This document shows positions 1-9,689 of a stretch of 64,000 bases of DNA, piece by piece. The position numbers and the translations under genes are program-made. The stretch spans positions 17,489 through 81,488 of the forward strand of contig JAZORU010000017.1 of the NCBI GenBank assembly GCA_045656765.1, written 5' to 3'. Source of the stretch: Eubacteriales bacterium. Its GTDB lineage: Bacteria > Bacillota > Clostridia > Oscillospirales > CAG-272. The notes below the pieces were generated by a model. It worked only from the letters and a program-made list of their open reading frames with translations, had not been told where the DNA came from and did no database searches. Position 1 is the stretch's first letter, and every line of letters begins with the position of its first letter.

Positions 1-1
1 G

Positions 2-175
2 ATAGCGCTCACTACAGAGGCACTCTTTGAGACTATGGCAATGGATACTCCCTTGGAAGAGATTCCCGCAGAGCTTCAGAGCTTCAAGCTTCCTGTAGCA
101 GAGAGCGGAATCAGCGGCGAGCTCATATTCGATCTTGATGACACTGCAGTTATCGCATTCGAATTCAAGAAATAA
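2..175 (+). CDS. 3' end of a CDS entering the window (hypothetical protein, ...DLDDTAVIAFEFKK*)
   Basis: Open frame from base 2 to TAA at 173-175, followed directly by a terminator hairpin. Confidence 0.6.
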   Translation: MALTTEALFETMAMDTPLEEIPAELQSFKLPVAESGISGELIFDLDDTAVIAFEFKK

Positions 176-188
176 TTAAATAAACGTA

Positions 189-222
189 TAAAAAGCAGGC
201 TCAACCGAGCCTGCTTTTTTAT
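189..222. terminator. Bidirectional intrinsic terminator
   Basis: AAAAAGCAGGCTC-aacc-GAGCCTGCTTTTTT between convergent genes. Confidence 0.85.
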
Positions 223-238
223 GCTGTCCTAAGTTTTG

Positions 239-1396
239 TTATTTTACAAGTGCTTTTGCAAGAGCAGAGATTTCCTCTTTGTTTTTGTCTGTAAGCGCCG
301 AGTGTATCGTTATAGTCGGTTCAATATAGGTAATGTTTTTTGAGCCGTCAAGCATTTTCAATATAACCTTTGCCGCAACGGGAGCCCAGCTTCCGTTTTC
401 TATTATTGCGACCGTTCTGTTCTTGTATCCGCGCTCGGTCAGTGCGTGGATAAAGGTGTTCATATACGGGAATATTTCCGAGTTGTAGGTTGTGGTTGCA
501 AGCACTATCTTTCCGTATCTGAAAGCATCCTCGACCGCCTCTGCCATGTCACAGCGGGCAAGGTCGTTTATTGCTACCTTCGGGCATCCGATCGCTTCAA
601 GCTCGCGTGCGAGAAGCTCAGCCGCCGCCTTCGTGTTTCCGTAGACAGAGGTGTAGAAAATTCCAACGCCCTCGCTCTCAACACCCCAGGAAGACCAGAT
701 GTTATAAAGGTCAATATAATAGGAAAGGTTTTCTTTGAGTATGGGACCGTGGAGAGCGCATATCATATTTATTTTAAGCGCGCCGAGCTTGCCGAGCACT
801 GTCTGCACCTGAGTTCCGTACTTTCCGACGATTCCGAAGTAGTAACGGCGAGCCTCGCACGCCCAGTCCTCGTCGGCATCAAGTGCACCGAATTTGCCGA
901 ATGCATCGGCAGAGAATAAGATTCCCTCCGAGCTTTCGTAGCTCATCATAACCTCAGGCCAATGTACCATAGGGGCTGTATAAAAGGTAAGCGTATGCTC
1001 GCCGAGCGAAAGCGTGTCCGATTCCTTTACGGAGATGCGGCGGTCTTCGTATCCGGTGCCGAAAAACTTTTTCATCATGCCGAAGGCAAGGTCGGTCGCA
1101 ACGATGGTTGCACTCGGATACTCGCGCGCAAAGCGGTCGATATTTGCCGAGTGGTCAGGCTCCATATGGTGAACGATAAGATAGTCGGGAACTCTGCCGT
1201 CAAGCTCACGTTTTAAGTTTTCGAGCCATTCGTCACCGAACTTTGCATCCACCGTGTCAAGCACGGCTATCTTCTCGTCAAGGATGACATAAGAGTTGTA
1301 CGCCATGCCGTTTGGTACTTCAAACTGTCCCTCGAACAAGTCTATCTCTCTGTCGTTTACACCGATATATTTTATCTTTTCCGTTATCATTTTCAT
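239..1396 (-). CDS. fprA: FprA family flavodiiron protein (metallo-beta-lactamase + flavodoxin)
   Basis: HHMEPDHS, HWPE, FSADAFG, RRYY motifs; flavodoxin loop SVYGNT. Confidence 0.92.
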   Translation of the reverse strand: MKMITEKIKYIGVNDREIDLFEGQFEVPNGMAYNSYVILDEKIAVLDTVDAKFGDEWLENLKRELDGRVPDYLIVHHMEPDHSANIDRFAREYPSATIVATDLAFGMMKKFFGTGYEDRRISVKESDTLSLGEHTLTFYTAPMVHWPEVMMSYESSEGILFSADAFGKFGALDADEDWACEARRYYFGIVGKYGTQVQTVLGKLGALKINMICALHGPILKENLSYYIDLYNIWSSWGVESEGVGIFYTSVYGNTKAAAELLARELEAIGCPKVAINDLARCDMAEAVEDAFRYGKIVLATTTYNSEIFPYMNTFIHALTERGYKNRTVAIIENGSWAPVAAKVILKMLDGSKNITYIEPTITIHSALTDKNKEEISALAKALVK

Positions 1397-1420
1397 TCTC
1401 CTTTATATTAAAGTTTTATA

Positions 1421-2176
1421 TTAAAGCAAAGTATCAATTATCATCATGATGCAAAAGCCGATAAGCAATGAATAAGTGGACACCCTCTCGTTTCCGTGCG
1501 AGTGTGTTTCGGGAATCATTTCGTCACTTATTACGTATAGCATCGTACCTCCTGCAAAAGCAAGGGCGAAGGGAAGGATCGCCGCAGAGATGCTTACCGC
1601 TATATATCCGACAAGCGTACCGACCACCTCAATAAGTCCGGTTATCAAAGCTATAATAAAGGTGCGCCTGCGGCTGACTCCCGCAGAAAGCATGGGTGCT
1701 ATTATTACCATTACCTCGGGTACGTTCTGGATGGCAATTCCGGTTGCTATTGCAATTGCCTTTGACGTGTCCTCCGCGCCAAAGCCAACTCCTGCCGCAA
1801 GTCCCTCGGGAAGATTGTGGATAGCTATTGCTATTACAAACAAAAGCACCTTGTTAAGCTGCGCCTGGCGCTCGGGATGCGTTTCAAGCTCGGTCCCCGC
1901 TATCCTGTGAAGGTGAGGGACAGCCTTGTCTATAAGACTTATACAAAGTGCTCCGCAAAAAATTCCCGAAGACGAGAGAAGCAGGGCAAAGCTTCCGCCG
2001 TATTCAAGAGAGGGAAGTATAAGTCCTACCACAGCGGCAAAAAGCATCACGCCTGCGGCTGAGGAAAGCATTATGTCGTTGAATTTGTGTGATGGCTTCT
2101 TAAAAAGAAATCCAAGAAGGGCGCCGAGCACAGAGGCACCGCCCACGCCTAATGCAGTTAATAAAACCAATCCCAT
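1421..2176 (-). CDS. ZIP family (ZupT/GufA) metal transporter
   Basis: Multi-TM protein with IHNLPEGLA, QNVPE and EMIPETH motifs. Confidence 0.9.
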   Translation of the reverse strand: MGLVLLTALGVGGASVLGALLGFLFKKPSHKFNDIMLSSAAGVMLFAAVVGLILPSLEYGGSFALLLSSSGIFCGALCISLIDKAVPHLHRIAGTELETHPERQAQLNKVLLFVIAIAIHNLPEGLAAGVGFGAEDTSKAIAIATGIAIQNVPEVMVIIAPMLSAGVSRRRTFIIALITGLIEVVGTLVGYIAVSISAAILPFALAFAGGTMLYVISDEMIPETHSHGNERVSTYSLLIGFCIMMIIDTLL

Positions 2177-2413
2177 AAACAGCCTCGCTACGCATAATTA
2201 TCAGATTTTTATTGCATTTTTATTTTATCATAAAAGCTTTGTTTTGTAAACAAAAAAACGCAAGAAAATATCTCCGAAAGAGCTTGTTTTTATGCTTTGT
2301 TCATAAAAAAACCAAAAAAGACTGTACTTTTTGGTTTTAATATGTTATAATACACAAAGAGGGTCAGTCGCAACGGTTATGTGCGGCATGATTTTTGTTG
2401 GAGGATTTACATA

Positions 2414-3481
2414 ATGAAGGATTACAAGGCAAAATGTTTACCTATAATAGACAATTTTTGCATTGAGGGAAACGTCGTATCGGTAGAGCGCTTCGGCAAC
2501 GGTCATATTAACAGGACCTATCTCGTTACTACCGACGTTCGCCGCTACGTTCTTCAAAGAATGAACTCTTTTGTTTTTAAAGATATCAAGGCTTTGATGA
2601 ACAATATTTCCTACGTTACCGAGTATTTGTATTCGATAGGCGTCGAGACTCAGCGTGTATTGAAAACTAAAAGCGGAGAAAATTTTCTTAAAAAAGACGG
2701 CTATTACCGTATGTATGATTTTCTCGATGATACGGTTGCTTATCAGACTGTAACCGACGCTGAGCTTTTTCAGAGGTGCGGTGCGGCCTTCGGAGCGTTT
2801 CAGAATCATCTTGCGCGCTTTGACGCTTCGGTACTTACCGAGACTATTCCGGATTTTCACAATACCCCCAAGCGTTTTCAGGATTTTATAGACGCGCTTG
2901 ATGCAGACACCCGCAACAGAGCTGATAATGCAATTCCAGAGATAGAGTTTTTCCTTTCGCATAAGGATACTTTTTCAAAGGTGGTAGACGGGCTTGCAGA
3001 CGGAAGCATTCCGCTTCGCGTTACGCATAACGACACGAAGCTCAATAACATTCTGATGGATACGAGAACGAACGAGGCTCGTGCAATAATCGACCTTGAT
3101 ACCGTTATGCCGGGCTCGCTTCTTTACGATTTCGGTGATTCTATACGTTTCGGTGCATCTACTGCGGCAGAGGACGAGCAGGATCTTGAAAAGGTTCACT
3201 TTGATATGGGACTGTACGAGGCTTACGTAAGCGGCTTTTGCCCCGAGGTGAAGGGAAGCATGACCGAGAGGGAAATAGAGCTTATTCCTTATAGCGCATA
3301 TCTCATAACCGCCGAGTGCGGAATGAGATTTTTGACCGACTACCTTTGCGGAGATACGTATTTTCCTACCGATTACGAAGAGCACAACCTTGTAAGAGCA
3401 AGAACACAAATAAAGCTTGCGTCTGAAATGGAAGATAACTTTGACAAAATGCTCGAGATAAGCAACAGATATTGTAAGTGA
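2414..3481 (+). CDS. APH/choline-kinase fold phosphotransferase, N-acetylhexosamine 1-kinase (NahK)-like
   Basis: GNGHINRTY, FHNTPKRF, THNDTKLNN, IDLDTVMPG, YDFGDSIR; GGAGG RBS before ATG 2414. Confidence 0.8.
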   Translation: MKDYKAKCLPIIDNFCIEGNVVSVERFGNGHINRTYLVTTDVRRYVLQRMNSFVFKDIKALMNNISYVTEYLYSIGVETQRVLKTKSGENFLKKDGYYRMYDFLDDTVAYQTVTDAELFQRCGAAFGAFQNHLARFDASVLTETIPDFHNTPKRFQDFIDALDADTRNRADNAIPEIEFFLSHKDTFSKVVDGLADGSIPLRVTHNDTKLNNILMDTRTNEARAIIDLDTVMPGSLLYDFGDSIRFGASTAAEDEQDLEKVHFDMGLYEAYVSGFCPEVKGSMTEREIELIPYSAYLITAECGMRFLTDYLCGDTYFPTDYEEHNLVRARTQIKLASEMEDNFDKMLEISNRYCK

Positions 3482-3522
3482 AATTGCGTTGCTTCGTAAA
3501 GCTTGATGCTATAAATACAGTT

Positions 3523-3562
3523 TTAAAACACCGTCCGTGTACAGCATGAACGGTGTTTTTTA
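3523..3562 (+). terminator. Intrinsic terminator
   Basis: AAAACACCGT...ACGGTGTTTTT hairpin. Confidence 0.7.
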
Positions 3563-3731
3563 ATGAGTGGTTGTCAAGCTCAAAAATAAAGATTTTTACG
3601 GAATTGTGGCGAAAATGTTTCGCAAAAAATGGTGTGTTGAGTATTGATTTTAAACGATTTATCTTTTATAATATTTATGGTGGATATTCTTGTATAAAAC
3701 ACTGAAAAATGAAACAAATGAGAGGAATTTT

Positions 3732-6431
3732 ATGAATTTTAAAAGACTGTTAACATTGCTTGTATCGGTATTGCTTTTGTTCTGTCTTGCAGCGTGCAAC
3801 GGCGGCAAGACTGAAGATACTACCGTTGATACTCAGCCTGTCGTTCCTACGGGACCGCTTGTATTGCTTGACAACGAACAGACCGCTTACAATATTCTTG
3901 TAAGTGATAATAACGAGGAATTTTATGACGCTGCATCAGAGCTTAAATCATTGTTCTTCGAAAAAACCAATATTAATCTCGACATAAAAACGGACTGGAA
4001 GACCAATCCGGTAAGCGAGTATGAAATAGTTATAGGTGAGACAAACAGAGAAAACACCAAGCTTACTACCGAATTGAAGTCAGAGATTTGGACTGACGGT
4101 TATGTTATAATGGGAGTAGGCAACCGCATTTGGATCTGCGGCGAGAACGGAGAGAGCACAACAGAAGCTGTAAGATTCTTCGTTGAGTATATGGTAGACC
4201 CCAGCTATTCTGCTTACGAAAGAGACTTTAGCTACGTACAGCCCCGTGAGGAGAAGGCGCCTATTCAGGATATGACAATATCCGGCAACAAGCTTTCTGA
4301 TTATACTATTGTATGTAATACGTCTATTAAGACAATTTACAGTCAGGCTGAAAAGCTTCAGGAGGCTCTTTGGTCTCAGGCCGGCGCATATCTTCCTATT
4401 AAGAATGCAAACGAAAACGCAGACAAGAAAATATATTTGTCTGTAGACAGCACTACCAACTCGTTTAGTTACTCGGTTAAGACTTCGGGTTCGGATCTTC
4501 TTCTTTCGGGAAGCGATAAGGACTATCTCTCCGAGGCTGTTTCCTTCATAATGAGAGAGTATCTCGGATATGGACGTTATTACGGGTCGTACGACTACAT
4601 ACTTACTCCCGAAACCTCGGCTATAGCAGATCTCAATACTACCGTTTCTTACAACAAGATAGACTCGCTTACAATTGCAGGCAAGGATATATCCGAGTAC
4701 GTGATAGTGTGCGATTCCAATAACGTTCCTTCCGCTACTTACGCTGCTCAGGAGCTCCAAAGCTTCCTTTCGAAGACCACGGGCGGCAAGAAGCTTGAAA
4801 TTGAAAAGGACGGCAACGCGCTTTTGACAAAACCCCAGCTCAAGCTCGTTTACAACGAGGCTATGGGAGAAAACTTCTCGATAAAAACCGATGATACCGG
4901 CGTTATCTTCACCGGCGGCAAGAGAGGAATACTTTACAGCGTATATAATTTCCTTGAGAAGTACGTCGGTTGGGCATTCCTTCCGAACCTTGACGTTCTT
5001 TTGAACGAGGAAGACACTATTACCATAGATAGCATTGATTATAATTTTGAGCAGGTATTTGAATACAGAGGTCCCGACTGGTGCGCTTCTTCGTACAATT
5101 CTTATGCAGCGAAGAATATGATCAACTACAACAACGGCAGAAACGCGTATACCTCTCAGTTTGGAGATTTCTACGGCTTTACGGGTATTCCGTTCCACAC
5201 GATAACAGAGCTTATGGGAACAGGAAACGGACTGTCTCCAAACCCGTGTCTCTATAGCGAAGATACCTATAAGAAGACGCTTGATGGTGTGATGGCGCTT
5301 TTGGCTGAAAATCCCAAAGCAGATATTATTTCCGTTTCTTTGAACGATACATCGTTCTGTAACTGCGGAATATGCAATAGCAAGAAGGCTGGCAGAAACT
5401 ACTCTGATATGCTTCTTGAGTTTGTAAACCGTATTGCCGATGCAGTAAAGGACGACTATCCTAACCTTAGAATACACACCCTTGCATATTCAGATACTCA
5501 GTCGGCTCCTAAGGTTGAAAGACCTCGCGACAACGTAATTATTCAGCTTGCCGGTATTAGATGCTGCTATCAGCATCCGCTTGAGGAAGAATGCTGCGAG
5601 GCAAACGCACAGTATATGAAGGATCTTAAGGGATGGAGCAGCATTACGGATGAGCTCTATATCTGGGATTATGTTTGCGACTGCTTCTACTATGCCGCAA
5701 CGATGCCGAATTTCGACGTTCTTAAGGCAAACGTTCAGACCTTCAAGAAATACGGTGCGAAGGGTATATTTGCACAGGGTAACGCCCACAACGTTTCGGG
5801 AGAGTTTGGAGATCTCAGATCCTACTTGCTTGCAAAGCTTATGGAAAAACCCGATATGACTGACGCAGAGTATGATGAATACATAAACACGTTTATGCGC
5901 GGTTACTACGGACCTAAGTGGCAGAACATAAGAGCATACTTCGACTTCCTAATGGAAGCATCCAATAAGATGAGCCACTACGGTCTTTACGCAACGCCCG
6001 AGGCTATGTATTCTGCAGAGGACTTTTTGACGAGAGAGGCAGAGATAGAGGGGCTCTTCAAGGAAGCGCTTGATGCAGCAACGAACGATATTACTTACTT
6101 CAACATAAGAGTTCTTCACGTATCATACTCATATATGAAGCTGTTCTTCACTTATCCTGAAATAATGAAAAACGGAACAGAAGAACAAAAGAAGGCACTT
6201 GAAGCTGAATGTGTGGCTACGTTCAATGCCATCGTTCTTGAAAACTACCGTATGATAGACAATCTTCTCGGAATTCAGGAATACGTTGATATTTTGAATC
6301 CGAAAACTCATCCGAGACAGTGGTCGCCTAATTCTCACGACGGAGCTTCTATCGGTCTCTGTGACCACGGTATGCCCGGTTCGGACGAAAACTACGAGCT
6401 CAACGACGGCGACGTTACGATTTACGACTAA
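3732..6431 (+). CDS. Lipoprotein with repeated GH20/GH67-type N-terminal domains and a DUF4838 (putative glycosidase barrel) domain
   Basis: Lipobox LLFCLAAC; YAAQELQSFLSK..G and RGILYSVYNFLEKYVG; CNCGIC, TLAY, LYIWDY, GIFAQG typical of DUF4838. Confidence 0.75.
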   Translation: MNFKRLLTLLVSVLLLFCLAACNGGKTEDTTVDTQPVVPTGPLVLLDNEQTAYNILVSDNNEEFYDAASELKSLFFEKTNINLDIKTDWKTNPVSEYEIVIGETNRENTKLTTELKSEIWTDGYVIMGVGNRIWICGENGESTTEAVRFFVEYMVDPSYSAYERDFSYVQPREEKAPIQDMTISGNKLSDYTIVCNTSIKTIYSQAEKLQEALWSQAGAYLPIKNANENADKKIYLSVDSTTNSFSYSVKTSGSDLLLSGSDKDYLSEAVSFIMREYLGYGRYYGSYDYILTPETSAIADLNTTVSYNKIDSLTIAGKDISEYVIVCDSNNVPSATYAAQELQSFLSKTTGGKKLEIEKDGNALLTKPQLKLVYNEAMGENFSIKTDDTGVIFTGGKRGILYSVYNFLEKYVGWAFLPNLDVLLNEEDTITIDSIDYNFEQVFEYRGPDWCASSYNSYAAKNMINYNNGRNAYTSQFGDFYGFTGIPFHTITELMGTGNGLSPNPCLYSEDTYKKTLDGVMALLAENPKADIISVSLNDTSFCNCGICNSKKAGRNYSDMLLEFVNRIADAVKDDYPNLRIHTLAYSDTQSAPKVERPRDNVIIQLAGIRCCYQHPLEEECCEANAQYMKDLKGWSSITDELYIWDYVCDCFYYAATMPNFDVLKANVQTFKKYGAKGIFAQGNAHNVSGEFGDLRSYLLAKLMEKPDMTDAEYDEYINTFMRGYYGPKWQNIRAYFDFLMEASNKMSHYGLYATPEAMYSAEDFLTREAEIEGLFKEALDAATNDITYFNIRVLHVSYSYMKLFFTYPEIMKNGTEEQKKALEAECVATFNAIVLENYRMIDNLLGIQEYVDILNPKTHPRQWSPNSHDGASIGLCDHGMPGSDENYELNDGDVTIYD

Positions 6432-6789
6432 ACCGCGTTGGCAATCGTTCGGTCGGCAAAATGCAGTTGATCTCTAATTGAATAACACATACAAAAAGGA
6501 GGAGCAATCCTCCTTTTTGATTTGTACAGTCGAAGTGCTTAAAAACTTTATTCTTAAATTTTATGTGTTAATCTTGACTTTTCCTTCAAAATTATGTATA
6601 TTAGTATATAGGTTTATTTACTATGGAGAATTAAAGATGGAAACAGTATGGCAAACAATGTCATGCTGCATTTTTGCGATATTGAGTTTTATTTTTAACA
6701 AAGTGAAAAAAACGGTAAATTTGTAAAATTTATCAATATTCTTCAAAACGAAAAAATAAGTTTTAATTCAACTTTGGAAAGGAATAGAA

Positions 6790-7635
6790 ATGAACACGGA
6801 AAAGAAACAAATGCTCAAAAAAACTGCCGCAAACGTACGTCTCGGGATTCTTGAGAGCGTATTTAATGCGGGAAGCGGACATCCCGGCGGATCGCTTTCC
6901 TCGGCAGACGTAATGACATACCTTTACTTTAGCGAGATGAATATTAATCCTGCAGATGCCAAAAATCCGGCGCGCGACAGATTCGTGCTGTCAAAGGGAC
7001 ACGCGGCACCCGTATACTACTCGGTGCTTGCAGAGAGAGGCTTTTTACCGAAGGAAGACCTCAAGACCTTGAGAAAGCTTGACAGCTACCTTCAGGGACA
7101 CCCCGATATGAAGCACACCCCCGGTGTCGATATGTCAACAGGCTCTCTCGGACTTGGCATTTCTGCCGCTTGCGGAATGGCTCTTGCAGGCAAGGTGGAC
7201 GGTGCCGACTATCGTGTTTATACCGTAGTAGGCGACGGTGAGAGCGAGGAAGGTCAGGTATGGGAGGCGGCTATGTTCGCTTCTCACTACAAGCTTGACA
7301 ATCTTTGTGCCGTAATCGACTTGAACGGTCTTCAGATAGACGGAAAGACCACCGACGTTATGAACCCCACCCCGCACGACGAGAAGTTCCGTGCGTTCGG
7401 CTGGAACGTATTTTATGCAGATGCTCATGACTTTGACTCTATCGAGGCGGCTTTCACGTCGGCAAAAGAGGCAAAGAACGGCAAGCCCTCGGTAATTATA
7501 GCAAATTCAACCAAGGGCAAGGGTGTTTCCTTTATGGAAGGACAGTGTGGCTGGCACGGAAAAGCTCCTTCGAAGGACGAGTACGAGCAGGCGGTAGCGG
7601 AAATTAAAGCATATATGGAAAAGGAGGGGTTATAA
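6790..7635 (+). CDS. Transketolase, N-terminal (TPP-binding) subunit
   Basis: SGHPGGSLS, DRFVLSKGH, STGSLGLG, GDGESEEGQVWEA. Confidence 0.95.
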   Translation: MNTEKKQMLKKTAANVRLGILESVFNAGSGHPGGSLSSADVMTYLYFSEMNINPADAKNPARDRFVLSKGHAAPVYYSVLAERGFLPKEDLKTLRKLDSYLQGHPDMKHTPGVDMSTGSLGLGISAACGMALAGKVDGADYRVYTVVGDGESEEGQVWEAAMFASHYKLDNLCAVIDLNGLQIDGKTTDVMNPTPHDEKFRAFGWNVFYADAHDFDSIEAAFTSAKEAKNGKPSVIIANSTKGKGVSFMEGQCGWHGKAPSKDEYEQAVAEIKAYMEKEGL

Positions 7636-8579
7636 TGGCAAAGGCAGTTGCAACAAGACAGGCCTACGGCGAGACTCTTTGCGAGCTTGCCGAGCTTCAT
7701 CCCAATCTCGTAGTTCTTGACGCGGATCTCGCGGCGGCTACGAAAACCGAAATGTTCAAAAAAGCATACCCCGACCGTTTCTTTGACTGCGGAATTGCCG
7801 AGGGAAATATGATGGGCGTTGCGGCAGGGCTCGCTGCGGCAGGGAAGATCCCCTTTGCGTCCAGCTTTGCAATGTTTGCCGCAGGCAGAGCGTTTGAGCA
7901 GATAAGAAATATAATAGGCTACCCCCACCTTAACGTAAAGATAGGTGCAACGCACGCAGGCTGTACCGTAGGTGAGGACGGAGCTACACACCAGTGCAAC
8001 GAGGATATCGCTCTTATGCGTACTATACCGGGTATGGTTATTTTAAACCCCGCCGACGCTATCGAAGCAAGAGCGGCGCTTATTGCGGCTGCAGAGCACG
8101 TAGGTCCCGTTTACCTTCGCTTTGGCAGAGCTAATGCTCCCATAATAAACGATAACGAGGGCTACAAGTTCGAGTTAGGTAAGGGCGTGCTTCTTAAAGA
8201 GGGAAGTGACGCTACAATCGTAGCAACGGGTCTTACCGTTTCAATAGCTCTTGAAGCGGCAGAGCTTCTCGAAGAAGAGGGTATCAGCGCAAGAGTTATA
8301 AACATACACACAATAAAGCCTATCGACCGCGAGATAATCGCAGCGGCAGCTTCCGAGACGGGTGCTATCGTTACCGTTGAAGAGCATAGCATTATAGGCG
8401 GTCTTGGCGGTGCGGTTTGCGAGGTCGTGGCAGAGGAATGTCCCGTTCCCGTTATCCGTATGGGTATGAACGATACCTACGGCAGAAGCGCATCGGCGGC
8501 AGAGCTTCTTAAATACTACGGCTTTACAAAAGAGAATATCGCTTACAAGGTAAAGGAAGCTATCTCGAAAAAGAAATAA
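7635..8579 (+). CDS. Transketolase, C-terminal subunit
   Basis: GIAEGNM, GEDGATHQ, TIKPID, EEHSIIGGLG; coupled to the N subunit. Confidence 0.95.
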   Translation: MAKAVATRQAYGETLCELAELHPNLVVLDADLAAATKTEMFKKAYPDRFFDCGIAEGNMMGVAAGLAAAGKIPFASSFAMFAAGRAFEQIRNIIGYPHLNVKIGATHAGCTVGEDGATHQCNEDIALMRTIPGMVILNPADAIEARAALIAAAEHVGPVYLRFGRANAPIINDNEGYKFELGKGVLLKEGSDATIVATGLTVSIALEAAELLEEEGISARVINIHTIKPIDREIIAAAASETGAIVTVEEHSIIGGLGGAVCEVVAEECPVPVIRMGMNDTYGRSASAAELLKYYGFTKENIAYKVKEAISKKK

Positions 8580-8592
8580 GAGAATTAAAATA

Positions 8593-8627
8593 CAAAAGCT
8601 GACCGAGCACGCTCGGTCAGCTTTTTG
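8593..8627 (+). terminator. Intrinsic terminator
   Basis: AAAAGCTGACCGAGC-ac-GCTCGGTCAGCTTTT. Confidence 0.85.
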
Positions 8628-8644
8628 CTTGATAGGGAAGTAGG

Positions 8645-8771
8645 AATGCAGCCTACGGCTGAATGAGAACGATGTTATCTTACGGATAAATGATGTTGCG
8701 TGCAACGCACGCAACCGATGTCCTGCCCTGCGGGCGCAAATAAAAAATCCAAGCCGTACGGCTTGGATTTT
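8645..8771. repeat. Short-hairpin array (GATGT-hairpin units) ending in the tRNA-Ser terminator
   Basis: CAGCC-tac-GGCTG; GATGTT-ATC..GAT; GATGTT-GCGTGC-aac-GCACGC; GATGT..GCCC-tgc-GGGC; AAAAATCCAAGCC-gtac-GGCTTGGATTTTT. Confidence 0.6.
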
Positions 8772-8862
8772 TGGCGGAGAGAGTGGGATTCGAACCCACG
8801 TGGGGCGCGAACCCCAAACGGTTTTCAAGACCGCCTCGTTATGACCGCTTCGATATCTCTCC
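8772..8862 (-). tRNA. tRNA-Ser(TGA)
   Basis: GGAGAGA acceptor, anticodon arm GCGGT-CTTGAAA-ACCGT, long variable arm, GTTCGAATCCC, CCA end. Confidence 0.96.
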
Positions 8863-8922
8863 GTGTAATATTTAGTTGTGTCTTAAAAGCTCTTTATACT
8901 TGGCTTTGTTCACGACCTATAT

Positions 8923-9020
8923 ATAATATCATAAAAATTTTTGTGTGTCAAGTAATAAAAAATCTTTTTTCAAAAAAATTCAAATTTTCTATTGATTTTT
9001 TCAATCAAATATGTTATTAT
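8923..9020. promoter_or_regulatory. Back-to-back sigma-A promoters for the two tRNA-Ser genes
   Basis: Minus: TTGACA(8951-8946)-17-TATTAT; plus: TTGATT(8992)-17-TATTAT(9015). Confidence 0.7.
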
Positions 9021-9038
9021 ATCATTCGTGAGCAACAC

Positions 9039-9130
9039 GGAGAGATGGCTGAGCTGGTCTAAGGCGCACGACTGGAAATCGTGTGAACGCTAATACCGTT
9101 CCGAGAGTTCGAATCTCTCTCTCTCCGCCA
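9039..9130 (+). tRNA. tRNA-Ser(GGA)
   Basis: GGAGAGATGGCTGAG..., anticodon arm CACGA-CTGGAAA-TCGTG, GTTCGAATC, CCA end. Confidence 0.96.
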
Positions 9131-9209
9131 AAAATAACGACTCGAAAGAGTCGTTATTTTTTATCCAATCCAAAGAATGAAAAAGAGGTTGCGCGAGCAA
9201 CCTCTTTTT
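9131..9209. terminator. Two tandem terminator hairpins between tRNA-Ser and the V-ATPase operon
   Basis: AAAATAACGACTC-gaaa-GAGTCGTTATTTT and AAAAAGAGGTTGC-gcga-GCAACCTCTTTTT. Confidence 0.85.
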
Positions 9210-9229
9210 GTGTGCGTATTTTCTTTTTC

Positions 9230-9658
9230 TTATCCAAGTGCTACCATGCTGAAAACGAGTGCGAAGAGGGCAACCGTTTCGCAAAGACCGACTACCATGA
9301 TGTACTGAGAAAAGCCCTTGCCTGTTTCAGCGAGAGCATCTGCTCCTGCCGCACCTGCTTTGCCCTGAACTATTGCAGAAATTGCCATAGCCACGCCGGA
9401 AGCAAGACCGATACCTACGAGGAACATCGGGTCAGCCGATGCAGCACCCTTCATCTGCTGCATAAGCAGAAAGCCGTAGATTGTCTGCGTGAGGGGCGCA
9501 CCTGCAAATACCGTCAGAATAAACGGAGCCGCTTTGTTTGCAAGATAACATTTTTTCCAAGAGCCGATAGCTGCCAAGCCTGCGGTTCCGATACCTATTG
9601 CCGAGCCTATTGCCGCAACACCCATAGTCAACGCTGTTACTAATAATCCCCAATTCAT
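9230..9658 (-). CDS. atpK: V-type ATPase subunit K (c, 4 TM)
   Basis: Hydrophobic, AGAPLTQTIYG, SAIVQGK, LCETVALF. Confidence 0.92.
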   Translation of the reverse strand: MNWGLLVTALTMGVAAIGSAIGIGTAGLAAIGSWKKCYLANKAAPFILTVFAGAPLTQTIYGFLLMQQMKGAASADPMFLVGIGLASGVAMAISAIVQGKAGAAGADALAETGKGFSQYIMVVGLCETVALFALVFSMVALG

Positions 9659-9689
9659 AATTTTTCTCCTTTAATCTTATATCTGATTT

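Noticed and set aside
4080-5477. 465-aa minus-strand ORF
   Set aside because: Antisense shadow of the DUF4838 lipoprotein; no motifs or RBS
8241-9643. ORFs overlapping the tRNA-Ser genes
   Set aside because: Spurious translations of tRNA, terminator and antisense sequence
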